A DNA stretch of 63,705 nucleotides, counting the filler, from Octopus bimaculoides (lineage: Eukaryota): NCBI RefSeq assembly GCF_001194135.2. It is 5 parts of 3 records of this genome, joined end to end, with 100 filler letters (N's around TTAATTAATTAA, not from the genome) between each part and the next. Parts side by side here need not be neighbours in the genome. Positions count along the whole stretch, not along the records: positions 49,446 to 61,561 come from NC_069005.1; positions 61,662 to 63,705 come from NC_069005.1; 3 more parts are not named here. One strand, 5' to 3'. The notes under the pieces are model-generated. The model ran no database searches. It was not told the origin of the DNA and was given only the letters and a program-made list of their open reading frames with translations. This document shows, one piece after another, positions 52,949 through 63,705 of this stretch; position 1 is the stretch's first letter, and the number at the start of each line of letters is the position of its first letter. Position numbers and translations under genes: made by a program.

Positions 52949-53127
52949 AGAATAATGTTCACATGAAGGTACAGGGTTTTAGTTTAAATATCAGGTAAAT
53001 CCAGGTAATATTTTGGCAAAATATTGCATGGATTTGCCTGGGATTTAAACTTAAAACCTGTACCTTCATGGAAGTACCGACCAACATCCATATACTTTGT
53101 AGAAAGATGAGTTGTGAACATTATTCT
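52949..53127. repeat. Long foldback hairpin (54-bp core arms plus 14-bp outer arms)
   Basis: 52962-53015 versus the reverse complement of 53017-53070 differ at only a few positions. Outer arms AGAATAATGTTCAC / GTGAACATTATTCT. Confidence 0.85.
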
Positions 53128-53593
53128 NNNNNNNNNNNNNNNNNNNNNNNNNNNNNNNNNNNNNNNNNNNNNNNNNNNNNNNNNNNNNNNNNNNNNNNNN
53201 NNNNNNNNNNNNNNNNNNNNNNNNNNNNNNNNNNNNNNNNNNNNNNNNNNNNNNNNNNNNNNNNNNNNNNNNNNNNNNNNNNNNNNNNNNNNNNNNNNNN
53301 NNNNNNNNNNNNNNNNNNNNNNNNNNNNNNNNNNNNNNNNNNNNNNNNNNNNNNNNNNNNNNNNNNNNNNNNNNNNNNNNNNNNNNNNNNNNNNNNNNNN
53401 NNNNNNNNNNNNNNNNNNNNNNNNNNNNNNNNNNNNNNNNNNNNNNNNNNNNNNNNNNNNNNNNNNNNNNNNNNNNNNNNNNNNNNNNNNNNNNNNNNNN
53501 NNNNNNNNNNNNNNNNNNNNNNNNNNNNNNNNNNNNNNNNNNNNNNNNNNNNNNNNNNNNNNNNNNNNNNNNNNNNNNNNNNNNNNNNNNNNN

Positions 53594-53624
<31 letters not shown>

Positions 53625-54068
53625 CACACACACACACACGCATATATATGTTCATAAAACAACTCAATTAGCAACAGAGAGAGAGAGGTGAAGTAATAAT
53701 AACAATAATGATAATAATAATAATAATTTGAAGAAGAAAAAACAACAACAATGACGACAGCATAAAGGAAAGCAGTTCTTCAAAGAAACGCAAGAAGTGA
53801 GAGAGATTGGTTCAAAAGCCGTCAAGACGGACAGAAGTGAGAGAAAAGAGAAACTACCTCAACACACAGACAACATTATTCATTGACAATGATGAGTTGA
53901 TGTCTCTGTTGCTAGTCTGTTGTGTTAGGAAAGCACAAACAACCTAATAGCAATCAGCTGACATCTAAATGTATATATGCATATATATTTGTGTGTGTTT
54001 AAGTAAATATATATGTATGTATATGGATAAATATATATGTATGTGTGTGTATATGAGTATATATGTAA

Positions 54069-54127
<59 letters not shown>

Positions 54128-54211
54128 CATGTATACAGATACATATACATGCGTGTATGAAATATGTGGTGCGTTTGTGAGTGTATATGTATGTTTGTGT
54201 TGTTTGTTTTT

Positions 54212-54257
<46 letters not shown>

Positions 54258-54739
54258 CAGTGTGTATGATGTTTCTGTTGAATTCTTCCAAATCCATCCA
54301 TATTTATTTGTCTGTGAATGTTGATGAGAATTCAGTCAATGAGACAGAAAGAATTATGCAACAGAGACAGAAGAGGTGTGTATATACCTACACATAAGTA
54401 TTCATGTACATAGATATGTATGTATATATGTATAAATGCCTGCATGTGTACGCATGTACACACACAGATATATATGCAAACATGCGATAGATACATACAT
54501 AAACACAATCAAATAATTGAAAATATTCCCAATTAAAAAAATATACTCAATGTTAAAAACAAAATTGTTTTATAATATATATGGTTCTTTACAAAATTAC
54601 CGTTATGTTCTGACTGTCAAAGAATGACAGTCAGAAAATAATGATAAACAGTTTATAAGAAATACCAGATTTTATACACACACAGTGTATGTATACACAC
54701 ATATACATATGGACACACACACACACACATATATATTTA

Positions 54740-54791
<52 letters not shown>

Positions 54792-54845
54792 NNNNNNNNN
54801 NNNNNNNNNNNNNNNNNNNNNNNNNNNNNNNNNNNNNNNNNNNNN

Positions 54846-54887
<42 letters not shown>

Positions 54888-55150
54888 TATGCCCACATCC
54901 ATGCACACATATCCATTACTGCATTTATGTATTGCCAAGAGAGCATCGTCTCCATAGACATCACCTCCCAGGGTTTGGAGTTCCACCACAATATGTGCAA
55001 CAAGTATACCCCCAAAAGGGCAGTAACCTGTTCTGAACCCCACGACCCCATGGTAATGACATATTTCAATTTCTAAGGACAAATTCACTGCAGTTACCAT
55101 AAAGAAAAAATTCTCCCTTATGGTAAAAGATAAAAAAAAATCCATATCTT

Positions 55151-55369
55151 CCCAGTGTTGCCCCTGTTGGATTCCCAGATGCAGTGTTTCTAGCTCTTTA
55201 GCCATTATCAATGGGCTTTAAATCTGCCAAGGTAACCTTGGGCAAATTTAAAGCAGATTGAAAAATGGTTTTAAATCTACCCAGAGTTACCCATCTTCAG
55301 TTTTCCTCATTGATAACGGCTAAAGAGCTAGAAATGCTGCGTATGGGAATCTGGCAGGGCAACACTGGG
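55151..55369. repeat. Inverted repeat (~62-bp arms) enclosing a nested 16-bp hairpin; possible MITE-like element
   Basis: 55151-55213 is the reverse complement of 55308-55369. Inner hairpin TTTAAATCTGCCAAGG-TAA-CCTTGGGCAAATTTAAA. Confidence 0.8.
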
Positions 55370-55799
55370 CAGATCATAAGACAGAGTTTTTTTCCCATGG
55401 TAACATAGTGAATTTGCCTTTAAAAGGTGAAATATGTCACAAACAAATTGCAATTAACCTAAAGTTCACTTATGCCTAAACACTGCTTGGCAATGATATG
55501 GCTGAATTTCTTACAACCTGATAGTCTAACGGTGCAACTCAGTGAATATTGTTGACCATGTTTTAGTTAAGGCTATGACTTTAAATCTGCTCAGAGTTAC
55601 CTTTCTTAGGTATTTCCAAATGATAATGGCGACAAAGCTAAGAATGCTGAGTTTATTGGTTTCCATGTTTACATGTGTGTGTTCATCTCTCCTAACCTCT
55701 TAGTTTGTTCATTTACAACCATCACAATGTCAACACAAGGGCATGTGCACATGCATGCACATGCGGGCATACACATGTGGGCAAGCACATGCACACACA

Positions 55800-55945
55800 A
55801 AGAGTTTCTTTCAGTTTTCATCTAACAAATCCACTAACAAGGCTTTGGTTGGCCTGGGACTCTAGTACAAAGTGCTTGTCTATGGTACTGGGCAGTGGGA
55901 CTGAACCCCAAACCACATGATTGGGAAGCAGGCCTCTTAACCACA
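55800..55945 (-). mobile_element. SINE family A, 5' half (degenerate)
   Basis: TTTCTTTCAGTTTTCATCTAACAAATCCACT..AAGGCTTTGGTTGGCC...GGGACTGAACCC. Confidence 0.7.
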
Positions 55946-55974
55946 CTAACACATCTACACTGAATCAAAAGAAG

Positions 55975-56350
55975 ATTAACAAAGAAATTAGTCTTTGTGT
56001 GTGGCAGATGTGCAGGAACAATAGACACACCCAGAACAGAAAGGAAACAAATTTCTTCAAATGCCCAGGTGGATCTTTAGAGGTAGTAGATAAGTTTCCT
56101 TACCTAGATGACCAAATTAGCAGACCGCTAGATGACCACTTGCTCTGAGAGTGTAGCTGCTAGTACTAGAACCAGCTAGGAAAAGTTTAGCAGCCTCTGT
56201 TGGTAACAAAAGTCTCTCCCTCAGAGTAAAAGACATTGTAAGGTGCTTGTGTAAGAATAGCTATGCTACATGGTGGTGAAATGTGGGCTGTGACTGCAGG
56301 GGACATACAAAGGCTTGAAAGAAAGTCAACATGCTCTGATGGATGTGCAA
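55975..56350 (+). mobile_element. RTE-clade LINE RT C-terminal fragment
   Basis: KCPGGSLEVVDKFPYLDDQIS ... LLVTK.LSLRVK ... ACVRIAMLHGGEMWAVTAGDIQRLER. Confidence 0.85.
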
Positions 56351-56391
56351 AGTCATTGCACATAACAATATATATCTTGAACTTTTATAAT

Positions 56392-56779
56392 TTACTTGTT
56401 TCAGTTATTGGACTGCGGCCATGCTGGAGCACCACCTTTAGTTAAGCAAATCGACCCCAGAGCTTATTCTAAGTAAGCCTAGTACTTATTTTATCAGTCT
56501 CTTTTGCCAAACCGCTAAGTTACGGGGGACGTAAACACACCAGCATCAGTTGTCAAGCGATGTTGGGGGAACACACACAGACACACAAACATACATATAC
56601 ATATATATACAAATATGATGGGCTTATTCCAGTTTCCATCTTTCAAATCCACTCACAAGGCTTTGGTTGGCCCGAGGCTATAGTAGAAGACACTTGTTCA
56701 AGGTGCCATGCAGTGGGACTGAACCCAGGACCATGTGGTTGATAAGCAAGTTACTTACCACACAGCCACTCCTGCACCT
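56392..56779 (-). mobile_element. SINE family A, full length, inserted at the tail of an older copy
   Basis: Reverse complement of the family A consensus. TATCTT(G/C)AACTTTTATAATT is duplicated on both sides (about 56373 and 56779). Confidence 0.9.
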
Positions 56780-56796
56780 ATCTTCAACTTTTATAA

Positions 56797-57150
56797 TTTA
56801 CTTGTTTCAGTCATTGGACTGCAGCCATGCTGGGGTACCATCTTGAAGGGTTTAGTCAAACAAATTGCTCCCAATACTTATTTTTAAAGCCTGTTAATTA
56901 ATCTATCAGTCTCTTTCGTCAAACTGTTAGGTTATGGGAATGTAGACAAGGCAATATTGGTAGCCAAGCAGTGGTGGGAGACAAACACATACAGAAACAC
57001 ACACATACACTCAAAAAAGCTTCTTTCAGTTTCTGTCTACCAAATCCACTCAAACGGCTTTGATTGGCCCAAGGTGCAATGCAGGGGGACTGATCCCAGA
57101 ACCATGCGGTTGTAAAGCAAACTCCTTATCACACAGCCATGCCTGTGCCT
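56797..57150 (-). mobile_element. SINE family A, older and more diverged full-length copy
   Basis: Same layout as the adjacent copy, with more substitutions. Confidence 0.8.
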
Positions 57151-57164
57151 AAATCTTACCATAC

Positions 57165-57306
57165 AGGTTTCAAATTTGGGCACAAGGCCAGAAATTTTGG
57201 AGGTGGGAGTAAGCTGATTATCTCAACCCCAGTATTTAACTGGTACTTATTTTATCAACTCCAAAAGGATGAAAAGTAAAGTTAACCTTGGTGGAATTTG
57301 AACTCA
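57165..57306 (-). mobile_element. SINE family D fragment
   Basis: TTCAAATTTGGGCACAAGGCCAG...AACTGGTACTTATTTTATCAACTCCAAAAGGATGAAAAGTAAAGTTAACC..GGAATTTGAACTCAG. Confidence 0.75.
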
Positions 57307-58224
57307 GTGACACAGCCATGCACAATACACATATATTATGTGTGTATGCGTGTGTCTATATATATACACACACACACATACATACAAACACACAGATAAA
57401 ACAAAAACAAAACAAAATAAAAGGTGAATTTTAGCAATTTATCAAATTATGTTGGTGGAATTATTCAGAAAAAGCTATTAATTATGGAGCACGGCACTTA
57501 ATTAGTGGTTTGAGAGCATTAATTAATTAGTTCTATATAGCGATGTATAGTTAGCCTTGCTCTAAAATAATTAGTGCAGAGGGAGGGAAAGAGTGGAAGA
57601 GTTAAGTGGTTAAAACGAGGAGGAGGAGGAGGGAAACATGCAAGCATGATAACGAAAGGGTTAACCAACCCCTTCTTACATTGCAGGCTTTCTTTCAGTT
57701 CCAATGTAGTTGGAATTAGTGGGGATAATGTTGGGGTAGGGGTGAAGTGGTGGTAGTGGTGGTGGTTGGGGAGGGCTGCCTCCTCTTTTTCTGTCTCTTC
57801 CTCTTTCTTCCTCTCTCTCTCCTTATATGTTGTTGTTGTCGCTGTATATGCATAGGTCAGTCCTGATCCTGCAAACCTATTATCAAATGCATTCCAGTCA
57901 TAAACCCATCCCATAGATTATTCAGACACAGTGTATCAAGGACTAAATTATCCAATGTGCCCTTCCTTTTTTATGACAGTCATGTGAGATTACATGTGCA
58001 TGTGTGTGTGTAATTGTGGATTCTTTTGATCATTTGATCAAAGGAATCCTTAATTAAAAAAACAAGTCAGGGCTAATACCTAACAGAATATGTTGAATTT
58101 ATTTAATGTCCCTTCACACAATTGCCATTTCTATCCTCTGATATTATATTTCAGAAAAGTAGACTGCTTATAAGAAACATTAATACTTTGTGTGTATTGT
58201 GTGTGTGTGGATACACACACACAC

Positions 58225-58843
58225 ACACAGAGTAAAACATGGGCTGTGACTGCTGGGGACATGCATAGGCTTGAAAGAAATGAAGTGAGTATGCTCTGCT
58301 GGATGTGTAATGTTAGTGTGCATACAAGACAGAGTGTAAGTGCCCTGAGAGAAAAGTTGGACGTAAGAAGCATCAGATGTGATGTGCAAGAGAGACGACT
58401 GCATTGGTATGGTCATGTGTTACGTATGGATGAGGTCAACTGTGTGAAGAAGTGTCACACCCTAAAAGTAGAGGGAACCTGGGGAAGAGGTAGATCCAAG
58501 AAGACCTGGGATGAGGTGGTGAAGCACGACCTTCAAATGTTGGGCCTCACAGAGGCAATGACAAGTGACCAAGACCTTTGGCGATATGCTGTGCTTGAGA
58601 AGACCTGGCAAGCCAAGTGAGATCATAGCAGCGGCCTATGCCAGTGTCGCATAACCAGTCCATTTAAGAGTACCTTTCAACTGTCAGGCAATATGCTGTG
58701 CTTGCAAAGACCTGTTGAGTCAAGAGAAATTGTTGTCGTGGCCAATGCCAGTACTGCCTGACTGGCCCCTGTGCCAGTGGCACATAACAAGCACCCACTA
58801 CACTCTTGAAGTGGTTGGCATTAGGAAGGGCATCCAGCTGTAG
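58225..58843 (+). mobile_element. RTE-clade LINE 3' end (ORF C-terminus to 58620 plus partial 3' UTR)
   Basis: TWAVTAGDMHRLERNEVSMLCWMCNVSV...RRLHWYGHVLRMDE...GRGRSKKTWDEVVKHDL...DQDLWR*, a classic RTE C-terminus. Confidence 0.9.
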
Positions 58844-59179
58844 TCTCATAGACTTTGGAATATTTTATTAAATTGTTCTGCACCAGCTGCATTAATTGCC
58901 GTTTCTGCAATCAAGGAGTACAGGGTTCTTAGTTTTCTTGCTTTTGTTTCTTTCTTTTTTGCATCAACTTTTTTCAAGTTTTTCTTCTTATTTTTCACTG
59001 TCCAGCATCCAGGTTTTTAAAAAATATCCAATGTATAACCAGAGTCTGAAAGATTGCTTGAAGATACATGGTGTGTTTAATAAATCTGCCTATCTAAAGT
59101 ATCGTAAAAGCATGAAACTATTAGTAGCTCTTTCATAGTGTGTAATAAATTGTTGCATTTAAGCAGAGAATCACAAATG

Positions 59180-59752
59180 GAAATGCAGTCCATTAAATTT
59201 TTTCCATTAAATTTTTTCCATTAAATTCTGAGGCACCCAAAAGCCATAAGTGATTCATGTATCCAAGTGTTTTTAAATGCTTTATAATGCTCCAATGAGA
59301 TATGTGGAGAATTACTGTGGTGTCCTATGTTTCTGATTAGTATTTCAATTTGATCATCAACAACAACAGAACGCCTGCCAGAACATTCACGGTCATCCAA
59401 ATCAAAGTTTTCACTCTTAAACCGAGTAAGCCAGTCCTTAAACACAGTCCAATCAGCTATGACATCATCTCCATAAACTGCACATCTCTCTTTTGCTGGT
59501 TGTACAGCATTTTAACTTTTATGGAAATAAAAGAGCATAAAATGATAAAATTGTTTCTTTACTTTCCTCCATTTTCGCATTTAATGTAAAAACAGTAGAA
59601 ATAAACTAACTATAAAGCAATCATATAGAAAGATGTGCTGAAATGCCACCTTTCAGAAAATATGTGTTGTAAGCTTCTGTCACATGAGAAATCAAAACAT
59701 GAGGTTTAAACACTAACAATGGAAAATGATACAAACTTTTTTTCCAACCCAA
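59180..59752 (-). mobile_element. Mariner 5' fragment (third copy/family)
   Basis: TIR TA-TTGGGTTGGAAAAAAAAG at 59752 (minus). ATG at 59572, then ...CAVYGDDVIA..FKDWLTRFKSENFDLDDRECSGRRSVVVDDQIEILI...KNLMDCIS. Confidence 0.8.
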
Positions 59753-59854
59753 TATGCCAGAATGGAAGATGGATGTTTAAAATGATGATGATAATGATAT
59801 ACATACACACATATGTAATATGTGTGTGTACATATATATATATATGTATATGCA

Positions 59855-60061
59855 TGAGGGAGTTCCTGGATTTGGGTAAAAGAAAATACAGGAAGATTGG
59901 TTAATTATGATTTTATTCAATATATTCCCCTCTCAAGTTCACACACTTATTGCAGCGGTCCTTCAGTTTTTCTAAGCCCTATAAAAGAACTTGGAAGGTT
60001 GGGCCTCCAATCAGGCCTTTTGTGATACCCTTAAAGCCAGGAACTTTCTACCACCCCCTCG
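59855..60061. mobile_element. ~210-bp mariner-derived MITE
   Basis: Ends GAGGG..AGTTCCTGG / CCAGGAACTT..CCCCCTCG-TA. The minus strand carries a mariner C-terminus, RCNKCVNLRGEYIE*. Confidence 0.75.
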
Positions 60062-60084
60062 TATGTTATATACATGCACAAACA

Positions 60085-60250
60085 GGCTTCTTTTAGTTTC
60101 TGTCTAGCAAATTAGCAAATCCACTGACAAGGGTTTGGTCAACCCAGGGTTATAGTAGAAGACACTTGCCCAAAGTGTTGTGCAATAGAACTGAACCCAA
60201 ATCCACAAGGCTGCGAAGTAGGCTTCTTAACCACATACCAACACCTGACT
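60085..60250 (-). mobile_element. SINE family A, 5' half (degenerate)
   Basis: GGCTTCTTTTAGTTTCTGTCTA...GGTTATAGTAGAAGACACTTGCCCAAAGTG...CTGAACCC. Confidence 0.75.
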
Positions 60251-60309
60251 CTGCGTGTATGTGTGTGTGTGTGTGTATATAAACATATATGTATGTATGT
60301 ATGTATGTA

Positions 60310-60505
60310 TAGTTGAAATTTACAGGAAAACAAAAGACAAAGACAGGTGTATTAACAACAAACAGGTGTATTAGTTTAACACTCGGGAAGGAGAGAAAGT
60401 CTTTTACGTTTCGTGCCTACGCTCTTCAGCAGAAAGGAACACAAGGAAATAAACAGAGAGAGAATAGAAAAACTTTTGGAGCTTGCCGTCAATCATGGCA
60501 GCTAT
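60310..60505 (-). mobile_element. PLE-like mini-element with hammerhead motif (60400-60437)
   Basis: Minus strand CTTT|CTGCTGA|A|GAGC-GTAG-GCAC|GAA|ACGT|A|AAAG. Embedded between (TATG)n and (TA)n. Confidence 0.7.
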
Positions 60506-60985
60506 ATATATATATATATATATATATANNNNNNNNNNNNNNNNNNNNNNNNNNNNNNNNNNNNNNNNNNNNNNNNNNNNNNNNNNNNNNNNNNNNNNNN
60601 NNNNNNNNNNNNNNNNNNNNNNNNNNNNNNNNNNNNNNNNNNNNNNNNNNNNNNNNNNNNNNNNNNNNNNNNNNNNNNNNNNNNNNNNNNNNNNNNNNNN
60701 NNNNNNNNNNNNNNNNNNNNNNNNNNNNNNNNNNNNNNNNNNNNNNNNNNNNNNNNNNNNNNNNNNNNNNNNNNNNNNNNNNNNNNNNNNNNNNNNNNNN
60801 NNNNNNNNNNNNNNNNNNNNNNNNNNNNNNNNNNNNNNNNNNNNNNNNNNNNNNNNNNNNNNNNNNNNNNNNNNNNNNNNNNNNNNNNNNNNNNNNNNNN
60901 NNNNNNNNNNNNNNNNNNNNNNNNNNNNNNNNNNNNNNNNNNNNNNNNNNNNNNNNNNNNNNNNNNNNNNNNNNNNNNNNNNNNN

Positions 60986-61080
<95 letters not shown>

Positions 61081-61350
61081 AGAGAAGGAGAGAAAGGGAG
61101 GAGATATTGAGAGAAGAACAGGAATTAACTAATCACTTTAATTGGCTTACAGCTGTTTCTGCTATCAGTAAAAGTGCACCCAGAGTGGAGTATGGATGCA
61201 ACGTCTGAGCTATTTGAATGAAGTGTTATTTCTATTGCAGAAAAAAATTTAAATATATATATAGTTGGCTACAAGTGTCTTGTACTATAGCCTTGTGAGT
61301 GGATTTGGTAGACGGAAACTAAAAGAAGCCCATTGTGTATATATATACAT

Positions 61351-61545
61351 ATGGGAGAATTTACGAAAAAAACAACAGACGAAGACAGGTGGTGTAAACA
61401 ACGAATGGATGTATTAGTTTAATGCTCAGGAATAGAGAAAGTCTTTGACGATTCGAGCCTACGCTCTTCAACTGAAAGGAACACAGAAAGAAACAAGGAG
61501 AAAAAAATATATAAATGTAGTGGTCAGCGATCTATCATGGCGACT
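61351..61545 (-). mobile_element. PLE-like mini-element with hammerhead motif (61442-61478)
   Basis: Minus strand CTTT|CAGTTGA|A|GAGC-GTAG-GCTC|GAA|TCGT|C|AAAG. Flanked by (TA)n on both sides. Confidence 0.7.
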
Positions 61546-61661
61546 CATATATATATATATANNNNNNNNNNNNNNNNNNNNNNNNNNNNNNNNNNNNNNN
61601 NNNNNTTAATTAATTAANNNNNNNNNNNNNNNNNNNNNNNNNNNNNNNNNNNNNNNNNNNN

Positions 61662-61695
<34 letters not shown>

Positions 61696-62099
61696 CTATG
61701 TATATGATTGGATGATTGTGATTATGTATGTGTGTGTGTGCGCGCTTGCAGAAAGTGATATGTGAATGTGTATATATACGTATGTACGTATGTATGCATG
61801 TGCGTGTGATAACTTTCGCGCATGTGTTTCTGAGTATCTCTGTGGATGCCTATTTGAGTGTGTATATGACTATATATTTGAATAGATGTATGAATCTGTG
61901 TGCGAATATGTGTGTCTCAGTATCTGGACGGTTGTGTATACTTGTGTATTTAATATCTAATGTGTGATTTCAAGTGTGCATTAGTATGTATGAGTCCACC
62001 AAATGCAGTTTTTGTGTTTCTGAAATTGCCCAGGTAGGTGTACAGATTGTTGTGATTTGACATGTGGCATAGTTTCAAAATCAATTTAATCCAAAACAT

Positions 62100-62309
62100 A
62101 TACATATGCATATGTATATATGTGTGTGTGTCTGTATGTGTGTGTGTGTGTGTGTGCGTGCGCGCGTGTATGTGTGCATGTGTGTATATATGTGCATATA
62201 TATCTATCATATATATGTGTGAACGTAGGTCTGTATGTGCGTAAACTTATGTATATGTATGAATAAAGTGTGCATATATGTGTCCATGTACGTATAAGTA
62301 TGCATATAT

Positions 62310-62369
<60 letters not shown>

Positions 62370-62460
62370 GCATGTGTGTGTGTGATTGCGTGTGTGTGAG
62401 TATGTGTTTGCGTGTGTATAGATAAGTAGATAGATAAATAGACAGATAGGTAGATGGGTA
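62100..62460. repeat. Compound (TG)/(CA)/(TA)/(GATA) microsatellite region
   Basis: Direct reading. Confidence 0.85.
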
Positions 62461-63107
62461 TTTCTTCAATTACGTTGTAAGGCTGTTAATCAGAGGATTT
62501 TTTTGCTCTTTCTTAAAACAATGGCGACAATGGAAAGATTCGAGCTATTATTTGTCGATATTCAACTCAAATAGTTATTAAATGTACTATCAAACCACTT
62601 CCCCTAATATATATGTATACAAACACTCACACACACACACACACACATACACACACACACATACACACGCACATATATATTAGTAAAAAGCAAGGGATTA
62701 TATATATATGTATATGTATATATATATATANNNNNNNNNNNNNNNNNNNNNNNNNNNNNNNNNNNNNNNNNNNNNNNNNNNNNNNNNNNNNNNNNNNNNN
62801 NNNNNNNNNNNNNNNNNNNNNNNNNNNNNNNNNNNNNNNNNNNNNNNNNNNNNNNNNNNNNNNNNNNNNNNNNNNNNNNNNNNNNNNNNNNNNNNNNNNN
62901 NNNNNNNNNNNNNNNNNNNNNNNNNNNNNNNNNNNNNNNNNNNNNNNNNNNNNNNNNNNNNNNNNNNNNNNNNNNNTATATACATATATATACGGGGGGA
63001 TATAATGAGAAAGTGAGTGAGAACGAAGTACATTATTATACATAATGTTTTTTTTTCCTTGTAAATAGCATTACATTCCGAAATAAGGGGTAAATAGACT
63101 TTTTTCC

Positions 63108-63108
<1 letters not shown>

Positions 63109-63155
<47 letters not shown>

Positions 63156-63160
63156 ATAGA
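63109..63160. repeat. (GATA)n microsatellite
   Basis: Direct reading. Confidence 0.95.
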
Positions 63161-63667
63161 TATGCATGTATATGTGTACGTATGTATGCATAAAAATGTA
63201 TAAAAATGTATGCGCAAGGAGAGGCGTGTTTCTAATATGATGTTTAGTCGTTTAGTTAAGCTAATCCATTGCAATGTTGTTAACAATAAACTAACCTGTA
63301 ATTCAGTTTGCCGAGTCTCTTCGTCAAGTTTCTCTAATCGTATAAGAAAACAACCATTTAACATCGTTTAACACTTAACAGTTTCACCTGTGTATATGAT
63401 GTATATAATTTTCGTAGAGACATACAGCTTCAACTGTCTGTCCCCGCCCACACACACACGCTACATACTTTTTCGTTATAGATGTTTTCTCTTTGTGAGG
63501 GTATGTTCTTGTAGGTGTGGGTGCGTGTGCATATATATGTGTGTTTGTGCGTATGTACATATACACGCTATATATATATATATATATATATATGCATATG
63601 TTTATGTATACAAACACGCACGCCCTCATATATATACACATATACATAAATACACGCATATATTTAA

Positions 63668-63705
<38 letters not shown>

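Overview
AT-rich, repeat-saturated metazoan genomic DNA with many assembly gaps. The SINE families, microsatellite load and LINE/mariner types match what I recognise from Octopus (cephalopod) assemblies; this is an inference, not a database result. No intact protein-coding gene can be supported, and nearly all long ORFs in the track are microsatellite or N-gap artefacts. The window holds decayed mariner/Tc1 transposons (one split by a 1.07-kb LINE-derived insertion with a 14-bp TSD), fragments of CR1, jockey/L2-group, Tx1/L1, R4/Dong (REL) and RTE LINEs, many tRNA-derived SINEs, and a 5S rRNA pseudogene. It also holds a 5'-truncated Penelope-like element (PLE) of the Naiad type with inverted arms. 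The most interesting signal is about ten type I hammerhead-ribozyme-like motifs (CUGAUGA...GAAA with palindromic stem III) in at least two structural classes. Two of them (22585-22637 and 52760-52835, both minus strand) have intact catalytic cores, and several others sit in PLE-like mini-elements or inverted arms. There are also two long unexplained hairpins (52.9-53.1 kb, 55.1-55.4 kb) and a few weak plus-strand exon candidates.
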